64,000 bases of DNA from Bacilli bacterium (GCA_017626405.1 JAGAIS010000001.1:230885-294884), one strand, 5' to 3'. Positions 35,806-46,254 are shown, counted from the stretch's first letter. The notes: a model not told the origin generated them from the sequence alone. Translations and numbers: made by a program.

Positions 35806-37227
35806 ATGTATATGTTTCGTGATAAAAAAGTAATAATGATTGCTACTATTGTTGTTCTTATTATAGGTTTAGTTAGTATTGGTACATTTTCTTTAATGAT
35901 GGTAAATAAAGCTAATAATAAAACAACAACTACTAAGAAAGCTGAAAGCATTTTAATGGTAAAAAACATATCTAATGTTGCTAATGCTTTTACACTTGAA
36001 TTAAGCGAGGTTGAAGATGCAACTAAGTATAATTATCTAGTAACTGATGAAGATGGAAATACTCTAATTAATGGAGAGTTTGAAAGTAATAAGGGAGAAT
36101 TTAGTATTCCTTTAGAATCTCTTTCAAATAATAAAAAATTATATTTGAAGTGTGATGCAATCAAAGACGATAAAGTAATTAAGTCTCTTAAGGAAGATTA
36201 TGAATTCATATGGGAAGAGATAAGTATAAATGCTCTTAATAATCCGAATATTAATAATGTTTCAAGTTATGTAATTAATATTGATGGAACAGTATCTTTA
36301 GATAATCGCATAGTTATTAAATCTGGAGAACAGGAATTATTAAATGAAGTTTTAACAGGTAATACATTTGAAGTTCCAGCAAATTTATATAAGAATAAGA
36401 CTATAACTCTTAACATTAGTCTATTATCTAAAGATAATGTTGTTAGTAATTTTGTGTCCAATAATGTTTATACTCAAAAAGTAACAACTACTACTAAACC
36501 TAAAAATCCAATAAGTGATGTAGTTATAACTAATCCAAGTAATTATCTTGCTTTAGCTAATATAGTAGATGTCAATTTAACTTTTACTGGAGGAGATGGA
36601 GCTACTCAGACAAATATTTATATTTATGAAAATAATAATTTAATTAAAAGTGAAGTTTTAACAGGTAAGAGTTATGTAATTCCTTCTAGTATGATAAAAC
36701 AAGAAACTGGATATCGTGTTGTTGTAGAGGCAATAAATGGCAGTTTTAAGAAAAGTGATTCAATATATATTAGTACTATAACTAATGGAAGAAAAAAAAT
36801 GGTTGAACTTGCCTTAACTCAAGTAGGAAATACGGGAGAAAAATATTGGCGTTTTTGGGGCTATAATGGCTTTGCTGAATGGTGTGCAATGTTTGTTACT
36901 TGGGTAGGAAAGCAAAATGGATTTGTCGATGCTGGTATTATTCCAAGTTTTCAAGGATGTGGAACGGGAGTAAAATGGTTCAAAGAGAGAAATCAGTTTA
37001 AAATGAAAAATACAGGATATGTTCCTCAACCTGGTGATATTATCTTCTTTGACTATCATCCTGAGAATTCACTTATTGATCACGTTGGCATAGTTGAATA
37101 TTCTGATGGAGTAAATGTCTATACAGTTGAAGGTAATACAGGGAAGAAACCAAATCGTGTATGTGCGAGAAAAACATATCCAATAAATTCATCAAAGATA
37201 TATGGATATGGAGTTCCTAATTATTAA
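35806..37227 (+). CDS. membrane-anchored CHAP-domain cell-wall hydrolase with beta-rich repeat ectodomain
   Basis: C-terminal CHAP motifs: WCAMFVTWV (Cys), PQPGDIIFFDY...DHVGIVE (His), TVEGNTG. N-terminal TM helix. The track start at 35785 lies inside the promoter element. Confidence 0.75.
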   Translation: MYMFRDKKVIMIATIVVLIIGLVSIGTFSLMMVNKANNKTTTTKKAESILMVKNISNVANAFTLELSEVEDATKYNYLVTDEDGNTLINGEFESNKGEFSIPLESLSNNKKLYLKCDAIKDDKVIKSLKEDYEFIWEEISINALNNPNINNVSSYVINIDGTVSLDNRIVIKSGEQELLNEVLTGNTFEVPANLYKNKTITLNISLLSKDNVVSNFVSNNVYTQKVTTTTKPKNPISDVVITNPSNYLALANIVDVNLTFTGGDGATQTNIYIYENNNLIKSEVLTGKSYVIPSSMIKQETGYRVVVEAINGSFKKSDSIYISTITNGRKKMVELALTQVGNTGEKYWRFWGYNGFAEWCAMFVTWVGKQNGFVDAGIIPSFQGCGTGVKWFKERNQFKMKNTGYVPQPGDIIFFDYHPENSLIDHVGIVEYSDGVNVYTVEGNTGKKPNRVCARKTYPINSSKIYGYGVPNY

Positions 37228-37231
37228 AATT

Positions 37232-37257
37232 AAATACTGATATTATTCAGTATTTTT
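37232..37257 (+). terminator. rho-independent terminator
   Basis: AAATACTGA-TATTAT-TCAGTATTT plus a T-run. Confidence 0.75.
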
Positions 37258-37415
37258 TAATTCATTATTTTTTTATTTGTTCATATTTTTTATAAATTAT
37301 ATTTAATATGGAATATTTGTATTATTAGTAAATTTTTTTATATCGATAAATAATGATGCAAGCATTCAATAATTTTGATATAATGAAATTAGATAATGTG
37401 TGGAGGATAAATGTT

Positions 37416-37763
37416 ATGTATGATTATAAGTTGGAAAAAAATGAAGAAGTGGAAATAATTAGTGATGCAAGTTTATTAAAAAAAGGAGATAATGTTTCTG
37501 AAGTTTCTGTAGTGATAACGAATAAAAGATTCATTATCTTAGAATTGCCTACTGATTTAGAAGGATTTAGAATGGGAAGAGCAATTAACTATCCTATCAA
37601 AAAAGAAGTTATTTTTGAAACATCTATTGAATCTATTATAAGCGTTGAAAATCAAGGTGACTTTGCTAAATACTTACTTAATAGTACAAATTATTTCTAT
37701 TTAAAAGATGAAAAAATTTATGCATATATTGTTGAATATCTTAAATCTAGTATAAATAATTAA
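37416..37763 (+). CDS. hypothetical small protein (possibly PH/GRAM-like)
   Basis: Start at the ATG 8 nt after GGAGGA. VSVVITNKRFIILE resembles bacterial PH-like folds, but this is weak. Confidence 0.5.
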   Translation: MYDYKLEKNEEVEIISDASLLKKGDNVSEVSVVITNKRFIILELPTDLEGFRMGRAINYPIKKEVIFETSIESIISVENQGDFAKYLLNSTNYFYLKDEKIYAYIVEYLKSSINN

Positions 37764-37921
37764 ATAAATCTGCTAAATATATATAATATTATATTTTTAT
37801 GCTGCTTATAGCTACAATATCCGTTTTATTGTTAGTGCAGATATTGGAATGTTGAGGTGAAAGTTATGTTTAAAGTTACATAAAAAAGTTTATGATAATA
37901 CAATTAAAGAAGGGAAAAAAG

Positions 37922-38881
37922 ATGAAAAAAATTATTGTGTTATTTTTACTCGTAATGTGTTTTACGATAAATACTGTTTTTGCAATGGAAAATGAAAATT
38001 ATTATGTTAATGATAATGGTATTAGATTTTCAAAAGAAGTTTATGAAAATTTCTTGAAAATAGGTTTTAATACTTCTGAAATAAAGACAATGAATCATAA
38101 TTTATTTGATTCTTATAAACTTATGGGGGATATTCAATTTGAAGAAAACGTGACAAAATATTTTGTGGAAACATCTGTTTCTAATTATAATTTGACTAAA
38201 ACTTTTGTTGAAGAAATAACTAAAGAAGAATATGAAAATGAGAGGGCTTTTGTCAATATGCTGGCATTACCTGGAGATGATTCTGTATCTCATGAAACAA
38301 CATACAAAAAATTGGAATTGACATCTCATAAAATGAGTGGAATATCTGGTCGTAAAAGCGTTAATGTAGTATTGACATGGAAGAAAGTTCCTAAAGTTAT
38401 TAGCTACGATATTATTGCTGCTAGAGTAACAGGCGGTGAAATTGTTAAGGATACTTATACAGGAAGCTTTAGATCCATAGAAACTAAATTTGGCCCACAT
38501 TGTGAAGTTGCAGGTGAGCAAACTTATACTAAATCGTATAATCCTAACTACAATGGTTGGAACATTCAAAATGGTTTATTAGGTGAAAAAGGAGTGGGTC
38601 TAACAGCAAAATTATCTAGTGGTGGTTCTGCTACTTGTCAAAATGATTTAGGTTTATTAGTTTCTATTCCTGTGGGATATGTTTCGGATATCCATTTCCA
38701 AGTTCCTGATGGAACAACTATTTATGCTTCATATCAACATGCTAAAAAATCAGTAAATTTTGATAGTGTTCGAAGAACATATTCTTTTAGCAATAATGGA
38801 TTAGGTAATGTAATTTATTTTTCAAATAGTAATTTAACTAGTTCTTATGATGGAATGGCTGGAGTATCTTTAAATGTATAA
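37922..38881 (+). CDS. hypothetical secreted protein
   Basis: Signal peptide MKKIIVLFLLVMCFTINTVFA. No recognised domain. Confidence 0.55.
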   Translation: MKKIIVLFLLVMCFTINTVFAMENENYYVNDNGIRFSKEVYENFLKIGFNTSEIKTMNHNLFDSYKLMGDIQFEENVTKYFVETSVSNYNLTKTFVEEITKEEYENERAFVNMLALPGDDSVSHETTYKKLELTSHKMSGISGRKSVNVVLTWKKVPKVISYDIIAARVTGGEIVKDTYTGSFRSIETKFGPHCEVAGEQTYTKSYNPNYNGWNIQNGLLGEKGVGLTAKLSSGGSATCQNDLGLLVSIPVGYVSDIHFQVPDGTTIYASYQHAKKSVNFDSVRRTYSFSNNGLGNVIYFSNSNLTSSYDGMAGVSLNV

Positions 38882-38980
38882 TAATATATAATTATATTTC
38901 TAATAGAAAACCTGTTATAGGTTTTCTTTTTTTATTCATTACTTTTAATATTAACTCATATACTTTTTTAGAGGTGAAAC

Positions 38981-41494
38981 ATGTCTGGGTTAACTGATGA
39001 AGAAGTAATTATTTCTCGTAGTAAATATGGTAGTAATGATTTAAACATTAAGTCAGAAAACAAGTTTTTTAAATTATTATTGGAATCTTTGGGAGATCCA
39101 ATAATAAAAATTATGTTGATTGCTTTAGCTATTAGAGTTGTTCTAATGTTTAATGATGCTGATTGGTATGAGACAATTGGTATGTTAATATCTATTACTT
39201 TATCTTCGCTTATTTCTTCATTAAGTGAATATGGGTCTAATAAGGCTTTTAAAAGGTTGCAAAGTGAATATGAAGATATGAGTGTTAGAGTTAGGAGAAA
39301 CAATGAACTTACTAGTGTTTCTTCTAAGGAGATTGTTGTTGGCGATTTAGTATATCTTGCGAGTGGGGAAATAGTTCCTGCCGATGGAGAAATTATTGAA
39401 GGGGACGTTGGAGTTGATGAATCAAGCATCAATGGAGAATCAAAAGAAGCTAAGAAGGGATTAAAAGATATTTTATTAAAGGGTAGTGTAATACTATCAA
39501 GTAAATGTATTATGCGAGTTAAGAATGTTGGTGTTAATACAGTATATGGAGACATTGCAAAAGAGTTGAGTGAAAAGAATCCATCATCTCCAATGAAGAT
39601 AAGACTTAGAAATCTTGCTAAGGTTATTTCTCGTATTGGTTATATAGGAGCGATACTTGCAAGTATATCATTTATATTTAATGTCTTATTCTTAGAAAAT
39701 AACTTTGATATGGATATTATATTAAGTTTAGTTAAGAATCCTAGATATGTAATAAATCTATTTATCCATGCTTTAACTTTATCATTAACAATTATATTGG
39801 TATGTGTTCCGGAAGGACTTCCAATGATGATATCTTTAGTATTGTCATCTAATATGAAGAGAATGTTAAAAGATAATGTATTAGTTAGAAAATTAGTTGG
39901 TATTGAGACAAGTGGTTCTTTAAATGTCTTATTACTCGATAAAACAGGAACTCTAACTAAGGGCAAATTATCAGTTATTGGTGTTGTTTTAGCTGATGGA
40001 TCTAAAATATCAAATTTAAATGAAATGAAGTTTGGTTATAAAGGACACTTTATTGATTCAGTTATTTACAACACTGAATCTTATTATGAAAATAATAGAA
40101 TAAATGGAGGAAATGCTACCGATAAAGCAATGTTATCTTTTGTTGGTCATCAATCAAAAATGCATAAGATTATCGATTCTAAATCATTTAATTCGAATGA
40201 TAAATATTCTTATGCTATGATAGATACTAAGGATAAATACTTTAAAGGTTCAAAAGATGTATTATTAAGTAAATGTGTATTTTATTATAATTCTGAGGGG
40301 AAAAAACAAGTTATTAGTAAAAAAGAGGATATTGATGCATTATATACTAGTTATACAAAAAGAGGAATAAGAGTAATTACTTTAGTTGAAAATAATTGCC
40401 TTGTTGGATTTGTTCTTTTAAGAGATGATATTAGAGAAGAGGCTCCTACTGTTTTAAAAAAATTAGCTTCTTCAGGTATCTCAACTATTATGATTACTGG
40501 TGATGATTTAAATACAGCAACATCTATTGCAATGGAACTTGGCATGATTGATGAGCATTCAATTTGTCTAACTCATGATGAACTTGTAAATCTAAGTGAT
40601 GAAGCAATATTAAAAAATTATAAAAATATTAAAGTAATAGCACGAGCCCTACCCAAAGATAAGAGCCGTGTTGCATCAGTATTGGAACACAATAACTTAG
40701 TTGTTGGAATGACGGGAGATGGAGTAAATGATGCTCCAGCATTAAAAAAAGCCAATGTTGGTATATCTTTAGGAAGTGGTACGGAAGTTGCCAAAGAAGC
40801 TAGTGATATTGTTATTCTAGATGATAATATCAAATCAATTTTGAATGCTATTCTCTATGGAAGGACAATATTTAAATCAATTAGAAAGTTCTTAATCTTC
40901 CAACTTACCATGAATGTGTGTGCATTATTTTTATCGATAGTAGGTCCATTTATTGGTATAACTTCGCCTGTTACTATCATGCAAATGTTATGGATTAATA
41001 TGATCATGGATACGCTTGCTGGACTTGCTTTCTCATACGAAGCACCACTACTTAGATATATGGAAGAATTGCCGATAAAAAAAGATGAGCCAATTATCAA
41101 TAAATATATGATTATATCTATATTGGTAGTTGCAATCTACTCATGTATTCTTCTCGTTTTATTTATAAAAGTACCTGTTATCAATCAATTTATTAGACAG
41201 GATTCTAAATATATTATGACGGCTTTCTTCTCGATATTTATTTTCTTAAGTATCTTTAATGCTTTCAATGCTAGAACGACAAGAATTAATTTATTTAATG
41301 GAATTCAAAAAAATAAAGTATTTATAGCAATCATGTTATTTATTTTCTTTGCCCAAATATATTTAATCTATTTTGGAGGGTCTCTATTTAGAACTTATGG
41401 ATTGGAAAAGTTAGAATTATTATTTGTACTAATTATATCGTTTTCCGTAATTCCAATTGATTTAATTAAGAAGAAATTAATTAGAAATAGGTAG
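38981..41494 (+). CDS. P-type cation (Ca2+-type, P2A-like) transporting ATPase
   Basis: DKTGTLT phosphorylation site, PEGLP in TM4, TGDDLNTA, MTGDGVNDAPALKKA, 10-TM layout. RBS GAGGTGA. Confidence 0.92.
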   Translation: MSGLTDEEVIISRSKYGSNDLNIKSENKFFKLLLESLGDPIIKIMLIALAIRVVLMFNDADWYETIGMLISITLSSLISSLSEYGSNKAFKRLQSEYEDMSVRVRRNNELTSVSSKEIVVGDLVYLASGEIVPADGEIIEGDVGVDESSINGESKEAKKGLKDILLKGSVILSSKCIMRVKNVGVNTVYGDIAKELSEKNPSSPMKIRLRNLAKVISRIGYIGAILASISFIFNVLFLENNFDMDIILSLVKNPRYVINLFIHALTLSLTIILVCVPEGLPMMISLVLSSNMKRMLKDNVLVRKLVGIETSGSLNVLLLDKTGTLTKGKLSVIGVVLADGSKISNLNEMKFGYKGHFIDSVIYNTESYYENNRINGGNATDKAMLSFVGHQSKMHKIIDSKSFNSNDKYSYAMIDTKDKYFKGSKDVLLSKCVFYYNSEGKKQVISKKEDIDALYTSYTKRGIRVITLVENNCLVGFVLLRDDIREEAPTVLKKLASSGISTIMITGDDLNTATSIAMELGMIDEHSICLTHDELVNLSDEAILKNYKNIKVIARALPKDKSRVASVLEHNNLVVGMTGDGVNDAPALKKANVGISLGSGTEVAKEASDIVILDDNIKSILNAILYGRTIFKSIRKFLIFQLTMNVCALFLSIVGPFIGITSPVTIMQMLWINMIMDTLAGLAFSYEAPLLRYMEELPIKKDEPIINKYMIISILVVAIYSCILLVLFIKVPVINQFIRQDSKYIMTAFFSIFIFLSIFNAFNARTTRINLFNGIQKNKVFIAIMLFIFFAQIYLIYFGGSLFRTYGLEKLELLFVLIISFSVIPIDLIKKKLIRNR

Positions 41495-41554
41495 ATATTT
41501 GTTTTTATTTATAAATTAATATATAATATTGGCAATTTAAGGGGAGAAAGTATA

Positions 41555-42010
41555 ATGGAAATAGAAATTGGAGATTTTGTTTTAGAACCATATGATATAG
41601 ATAATATTAATCATCGTTATGTATCAGTTGTCTTGGATAATGATGCTGATTTTCGCGATTATGTTGGAGAGACTCAACACTTAGTTGATAATGCAAGAAT
41701 AAAACAAGATCGTGGTTTTAATGATCAAACCTTTATTATTAGAAAAAATATGGATTATCTCGGAATACTATCATTAATCATTTTAGATGATAAACCTTAT
41801 CTAACAATTGGTATTATTCCTGAAAAACAAGGTTTGCATTATGGGAAGAATGTTTTAAGAGAATATATTGAATATATCTTCCATGAATATCCAGATTATT
41901 ATCAAATCTTCGTATCTATCAATCCTCATAATGAAAAAAGTATTAATAATTGTTTAAAACTGGGTTTTGTTCAAGAAACAAAGACAAAGTATGTTAAAAC
42001 AAGAGATTAA
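41555..42010 (+). CDS. GNAT-family N-acetyltransferase
   Basis: IIPEKQGLHYGKNVLREYIEYIF (Q-x-x-G-x-G/A-type acetyl-CoA loop) and C-terminal N...S...LGF. Confidence 0.65.
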   Translation: MEIEIGDFVLEPYDIDNINHRYVSVVLDNDADFRDYVGETQHLVDNARIKQDRGFNDQTFIIRKNMDYLGILSLIILDDKPYLTIGIIPEKQGLHYGKNVLREYIEYIFHEYPDYYQIFVSINPHNEKSINNCLKLGFVQETKTKYVKTRD

Positions 42011-42048
42011 TTTTATAGTATGTGATATAATTTATTAGAGATGGTTTT

Positions 42049-42804
42049 ATGGACAATGGAAAAATTGGCTTGTTTATAAAAAAATTAAGGTTGAAGAATA
42101 ATATGAGTCAAAATGATTTGGCTGAAAAAATTCCTACAGATAGATCTGCTATAAGTAAATGGGAGTGTGGTAAGGCGCTGCCAAATTCGACAACCATTTT
42201 AAGATTATGTGAAATTTTTGAAGTATCCATTGATGAACTTTTATGTGGAGAATTTAAAACCGAAGAGAATTCAAAAGAATTTAAAAGTATATATTTGCGA
42301 ATATATGACGAAAAAAATAAATATAATTATAATTTAAAAAAAGTTTCTAAAGCTTTGTTGATTTCTTTAATTATTTTGGCTATTTTCATTATATTATTTT
42401 TTTGTCAATATTTTTTTAAAACATATGATTCAGTTAAAGTTTATAATGTCGAAAGTGATTCGAAGAATGTGTATTTGACTGATGGTATTTTTGTATTAAC
42501 AAGAGGTAATATATATTTTAGATTAGGAAATATAAATGGAATAGATAATGAAGACATAATTAAACAGGTCTTATATTATAAAAAAAATAATAATAAAGAT
42601 ATAATATATGAAATAACTTCATCAAAAGATAGACTAATTATTGACAGCATTAAATATAAAAAATACTTTAAAATTATAAATAATAAGCCAAATTTTGACA
42701 ATCTTTATTTAGATATATATACTAGTGCTTCAGTCATAACACTTAACCTTTCTCTAAGTGAAGACTATTCTAATATGGAATTATTTCATCAAGAATGGAA
42801 ATAA
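42049..42804 (+). CDS. XRE-family HTH regulator with a TM helix and extracytoplasmic C-terminal domain
   Basis: IKKLRLKNNMSQNDLAEKIPTDRSAISKWECGKALPNSTTILRLCEIFEVSIDELL, then the TM helix ALLISLIILAIFIILFF. Confidence 0.75.
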   Translation: MDNGKIGLFIKKLRLKNNMSQNDLAEKIPTDRSAISKWECGKALPNSTTILRLCEIFEVSIDELLCGEFKTEENSKEFKSIYLRIYDEKNKYNYNLKKVSKALLISLIILAIFIILFFCQYFFKTYDSVKVYNVESDSKNVYLTDGIFVLTRGNIYFRLGNINGIDNEDIIKQVLYYKKNNNKDIIYEITSSKDRLIIDSIKYKKYFKIINNKPNFDNLYLDIYTSASVITLNLSLSEDYSNMELFHQEWK

Positions 42805-42843
42805 AACAAATAAAAAAACAAATTTCATTAGTTATTTATACGT

Positions 42844-42880
42844 AAAAAAAGAATGTGCTTAACAATCACGTTCTTTTTTA
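42844..42880 (+). terminator. rho-independent terminator
   Basis: GAATGTG/CACGTTC stem (one G-U pair) with a 9-nt loop, an A-run before and T6 after. Confidence 0.6.
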
Positions 42881-43005
42881 TTGATTACTTGTTATAATCA
42901 GTTTGTAAAAGAAATAAGTTGATATATGGAAAATAATAAAGCAACAAACTAATAAGCAAATTAGTTTATTTTAAAATGTATTTTTTAAAAAAGGAGAGAA
43001 ATAAA

Positions 43006-43539
43006 ATGAAAAAAAATATTATAAGTAAAAAAATAGTTATTAGTATAGTAGTATTAGTTATAACTTGTCTTATAATTGGAATACTTATATCTGTGAATTA
43101 CAATATAAATACTAGTAAGTATAAAGGGCAAGGTACTAACATTAAGGAAACGCATGGTGATACAGTATTAATTGTTGAAAAAAATTTAGATTGCATTCCA
43201 GTCGTTTTATATCTATATGATGATAATACATATGAATTGTTTACAGAATATAGAAGATGCAAACATAATAAATGGTGTACTTTAGATATTAAATATAATA
43301 AATCAATTAAGGGAAAATATGAGTATAATCTTAATAAAATAATAGATAAGTTGACTTATTACGAGGACAATATTAATTCAAAAGATATCGATTATGAAAT
43401 CACCATCGGTAAATTAGTAGCAAAAGACAAAAATCATTATGTCGTATTAAAAGGGCAAAATAATGAATTACTTGAAGAATTTTTGAAAATGCTAGATATT
43501 GATTTAAATATTTGTGCTACTTTTAATTATACTGAATAA
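43006..43539 (+). CDS. hypothetical membrane-anchored protein
   Basis: Start at the ATG after AAGGAGAG. One TM helix (IVISIVVLVITCLIIGILI). Confidence 0.5.
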   Translation: MKKNIISKKIVISIVVLVITCLIIGILISVNYNINTSKYKGQGTNIKETHGDTVLIVEKNLDCIPVVLYLYDDNTYELFTEYRRCKHNKWCTLDIKYNKSIKGKYEYNLNKIIDKLTYYEDNINSKDIDYEITIGKLVAKDKNHYVVLKGQNNELLEEFLKMLDIDLNICATFNYTE

Positions 43540-43745
43540 AACTTTAATAGTTAACTACTAAGTTTTCGTAAATTAATGTATTATAATGTGAAGGTTTATT
43601 TATTTTATATGCCTAATCAAATATGTGTAATTAAAATATTCTATATTAATTTTATCAATATTTTATTTTAAATAAGTAATAATATTTTCATTACTGGTAA
43701 TAGGTAAAAACTTTTATAATATTAGACACAAAATAATTGCATTTG

Positions 43746-43754
43746 TGCTATAAT
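43746..43754 (+). promoter_or_regulatory. extended -10 promoter element TGCTATAAT
   Basis: TGnTATAAT 17 nt upstream of ATG 43772, with GAGGT in between. Confidence 0.5.
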
Positions 43755-43771
43755 TGTCTTGAGGTATAAAT

Positions 43772-44254
43772 ATGAAGAATAATGATGATAGAAATTTAAT
43801 TATAAAAGGGCATGAAAAAAATCCCTTTGTTAAATTTTGGAATTGGGGATGGGGAATATATTATAAGAATCCCGAAGTTTGGAATTATCTAATAGTTGGA
43901 CTTTTAACGACAATAGTTAGTTTAGTAATATATTTTATAGCGACGAGAACTTTCCTAGATCCAAAAGTTGATTTAGAATTACAGATAGCTAATATAATTT
44001 CTTGGATATTTGCAGTTATATTTGCCTATGTAACTAATCGTATATTTGTATTTAAAAGCAAGAATAAGAATATTATTAGTGAATTTATTAAATTTATTAT
44101 GTCTAGAATTCTTAGTCTACTTATGGATATGGGCACAATGTTTATCATTGTATCCATTCTTAGTTTCAGCGATGTAATAGGCAAAGTTATCAGTCAGATA
44201 ATAGTTATTATCGCTAATTATGTGCTTTCTAAACTTATTGTTTTTAAGAAATAG
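43772..44254 (+). CDS. GtrA-family membrane protein
   Basis: Four TM helices. AYVTNRIFVFKSK and ANYVLSKLIVFKK are typical of GtrA-like proteins. Confidence 0.75.
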   Translation: MKNNDDRNLIIKGHEKNPFVKFWNWGWGIYYKNPEVWNYLIVGLLTTIVSLVIYFIATRTFLDPKVDLELQIANIISWIFAVIFAYVTNRIFVFKSKNKNIISEFIKFIMSRILSLLMDMGTMFIIVSILSFSDVIGKVISQIIVIIANYVLSKLIVFKK

Positions 44255-44309
44255 GTCAATTGCTATTTCTTTTTTTATGTGTTAATATAGTCAACTAATG
44301 GAGGGTATT

Positions 44310-45251
44310 ATGGCAAATAAGCAATTTAGCAATAAAGTTAAAAGAGAAATTGAATATACAATAACTACTTATTTAGAAAGAAGACTTAGAATTAGTTGTG
44401 ATTTATTAAAGAATAATTTAAAAGACAAAGCAGTATCGTTAGATGAGTTTGTAAGTGAGTTACAAGAGATAAATAGAATATTAGATAATCTAAGAAGAGA
44501 TGATACTCGTTCAAGAGAAAAGTTTCTCTATGAAGAGAGTATCAATTTACGACGTATTAATTTATTAAATCAAGTATCTCATCAGGTAATTCCATCAGAA
44601 GATAATATTAATGAAATGTTGACTCTTGTTAAGTATTATCTTAATAATTATTCTTTGCCTAATGATGAATCTTTTAATGAGTCTTTATTCTTGCGCTATG
44701 CGATGATGAAATTGAGTCATGACAAAAACGATAATATAAAAGAAAAAGCTCTTAAGTATTTTGATTATTTAAGTTGTAATAAAGATATTTGTTTTAGTGA
44801 GTGTATAAGTGGAAGAATTATTTTTGGGTATCAAAGTATAATGCTTATATCTAATCAAGATGGTAAAGTTGTATTTATGCTTGATAATGATAAAAAAGTG
44901 AGTATTTCTTATTCTCTATTTGATGATTTTATTCTCTTCCGTGATAGTTTATATCTTGCTCAATTTTGTGATACTTTAATTCCTTTGAGAGAAGTAGATG
45001 AATACTATCATGATTTTTTAGATACAGGTAAAATATATCAAACTAGTACTCCTTCGAGAGATGACTATGTTGAAATAACTAAAAGTTTAAATGAATACCT
45101 TGAAGAGTCTGATATATTGAGTTTTAGTTCTCAAATATTTTCTATTAAGGAAATGGAAATACTAACTAATTTGATTAATAATACGGATAATTATCGAGAT
45201 AGAGAATCTTATAAAAAAAGAACAATTACGAAAAAAAACAATGGGAATTAA
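44310..45251 (+). CDS. hypothetical protein
   Basis: 313-aa ORF. Start at the ATG after GGAGGG. No motif recognised. Confidence 0.55.
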   Translation: MANKQFSNKVKREIEYTITTYLERRLRISCDLLKNNLKDKAVSLDEFVSELQEINRILDNLRRDDTRSREKFLYEESINLRRINLLNQVSHQVIPSEDNINEMLTLVKYYLNNYSLPNDESFNESLFLRYAMMKLSHDKNDNIKEKALKYFDYLSCNKDICFSECISGRIIFGYQSIMLISNQDGKVVFMLDNDKKVSISYSLFDDFILFRDSLYLAQFCDTLIPLREVDEYYHDFLDTGKIYQTSTPSRDDYVEITKSLNEYLEESDILSFSSQIFSIKEMEILTNLINNTDNYRDRESYKKRTITKKNNGN

Positions 45252-45805
45252 AGACCCATTGTTTTATATTTGTCATACAATTCTTTGAATCGGTTAAAAT
45301 GAACGATTTCTCTTTGTCTTAAGAATAGAAGTGGTTGAATTACTTCTTCGTCATCAGCTAGATCTATTAAATGTTCATAAGTTGCTCTTGCTTTTTCTTC
45401 TGCTGCCATGTCTTCAGAAAGATCAGCAAAAACATCTCCGCTTGATGCAACATAACTGATCGTGAATGGTACGCCCGATGCATTTACAGGATATAGAGAA
45501 ATTCCGTGTTCTGTATAGTAATCTCCAAGACCATTTTCTTTAATCTCTTCAATTGTAGCACCATCAGTTAGACACTTAACCATTGTAGCAATCATTTCTA
45601 CATGGCCAAGTTCTTCGTTTGCAATATCGTTAAGTAATGCTTCTCCTGAATCATCAGGCATTGTAAATTTTTGACTAAAGTATCTAAGTGATGCTGCAAG
45701 CTCTGAGTTAGCACCACCAAACTGACTTAACATATATTTTGCCATCTTTAGATTTTTCTTTTTTATACTTATTGGATATGGCAATTTTTTTTCATATTTA
45801 TACAT
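45248..45805 (-). CDS. cotJC: spore coat protein CotJC (manganese-catalase-like ferritin fold)
   Basis: MYKYEKKLPYPISIKKKNLKMAKYMLSQFGGANSELAASLRYFSQ... and EELGHVEMI closely follow the CotJC pattern. Start at the ATG after GGAGGA (M30 of the track ORF). Confidence 0.85.
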   Translation of the reverse strand: MYKYEKKLPYPISIKKKNLKMAKYMLSQFGGANSELAASLRYFSQKFTMPDDSGEALLNDIANEELGHVEMIATMVKCLTDGATIEEIKENGLGDYYTEHGISLYPVNASGVPFTISYVASSGDVFADLSEDMAAEEKARATYEHLIDLADDEEVIQPLLFLRQREIVHFNRFKELYDKYKTMGL

Positions 45806-46187
45806 ACTTATCCTCCCATGGGAATCCTTTATACCAAGTATATTTTCCATAGATATCATGGAATAATTCCAATACTTGATATTTACTTTCATATTCAGTT
45901 AAACACTGTTGATATAATACACAGTATTTTTTAAATAATTCATATGTCTTTTCGTCATCGGGATGAATATCTAAATATAAGTTTAAATCATTAATTGCAA
46001 AACTCAATTTTAATATATTTAGAAATAGCATTTCTCTTTCATTTTTTGCCTTTATTTCTCTAGGTTCATATTTTTTATAACTGCTATATAGACATTCATA
46101 CATATTGCCCAATTCAAAACCTGTATTTATATCAAATAAATCAGATTTCTTATCAGGAACTTTAATTTCACTAAATTCAAATAACAT
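45798..46187 (-). CDS. cotJB: spore coat protein CotJB with an about 50-aa N-terminal extension
   Basis: FAINDLNLYLDIHPDDEKTYELFKKY...GFPWE matches the CotJB signature (DL.LYLDTHP.D). It overlaps the cotJC start by 8 nt. Confidence 0.75.
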   Translation of the reverse strand: MLFEFSEIKVPDKKSDLFDINTGFELGNMYECLYSSYKKYEPREIKAKNEREMLFLNILKLSFAINDLNLYLDIHPDDEKTYELFKKYCVLYQQCLTEYESKYQVLELFHDIYGKYTWYKGFPWEDKYV

Positions 46188-46254
46188 TATTTTACCTCCA
46201 AGATATAATATGCAAGAATAATATTATTTGCTATAATACATTTTGGTGAGAAGA

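Noticed and set aside
37866-37883. Five-codon mini-ORF MFKVT with a strong SD (GAGGTGA) upstream of the secreted-protein gene; possible leader peptide
   Set aside because: No alternative terminator/antiterminator structure is visible around it. Short ATG...TAA frames after purine-rich runs are expected by chance in DNA this AT-rich.
38968-39555. 195-aa ORF antisense to the P-type ATPase. Similar antisense ORFs occur at 39640-39966, 40351-40545, 40618-40833 and 40855-41100.
   Set aside because: It lies entirely within, and opposite to, a gene with unambiguous P-type ATPase motifs. Its S/L/P/T-rich composition is typical of antisense translation of AT-rich coding DNA.
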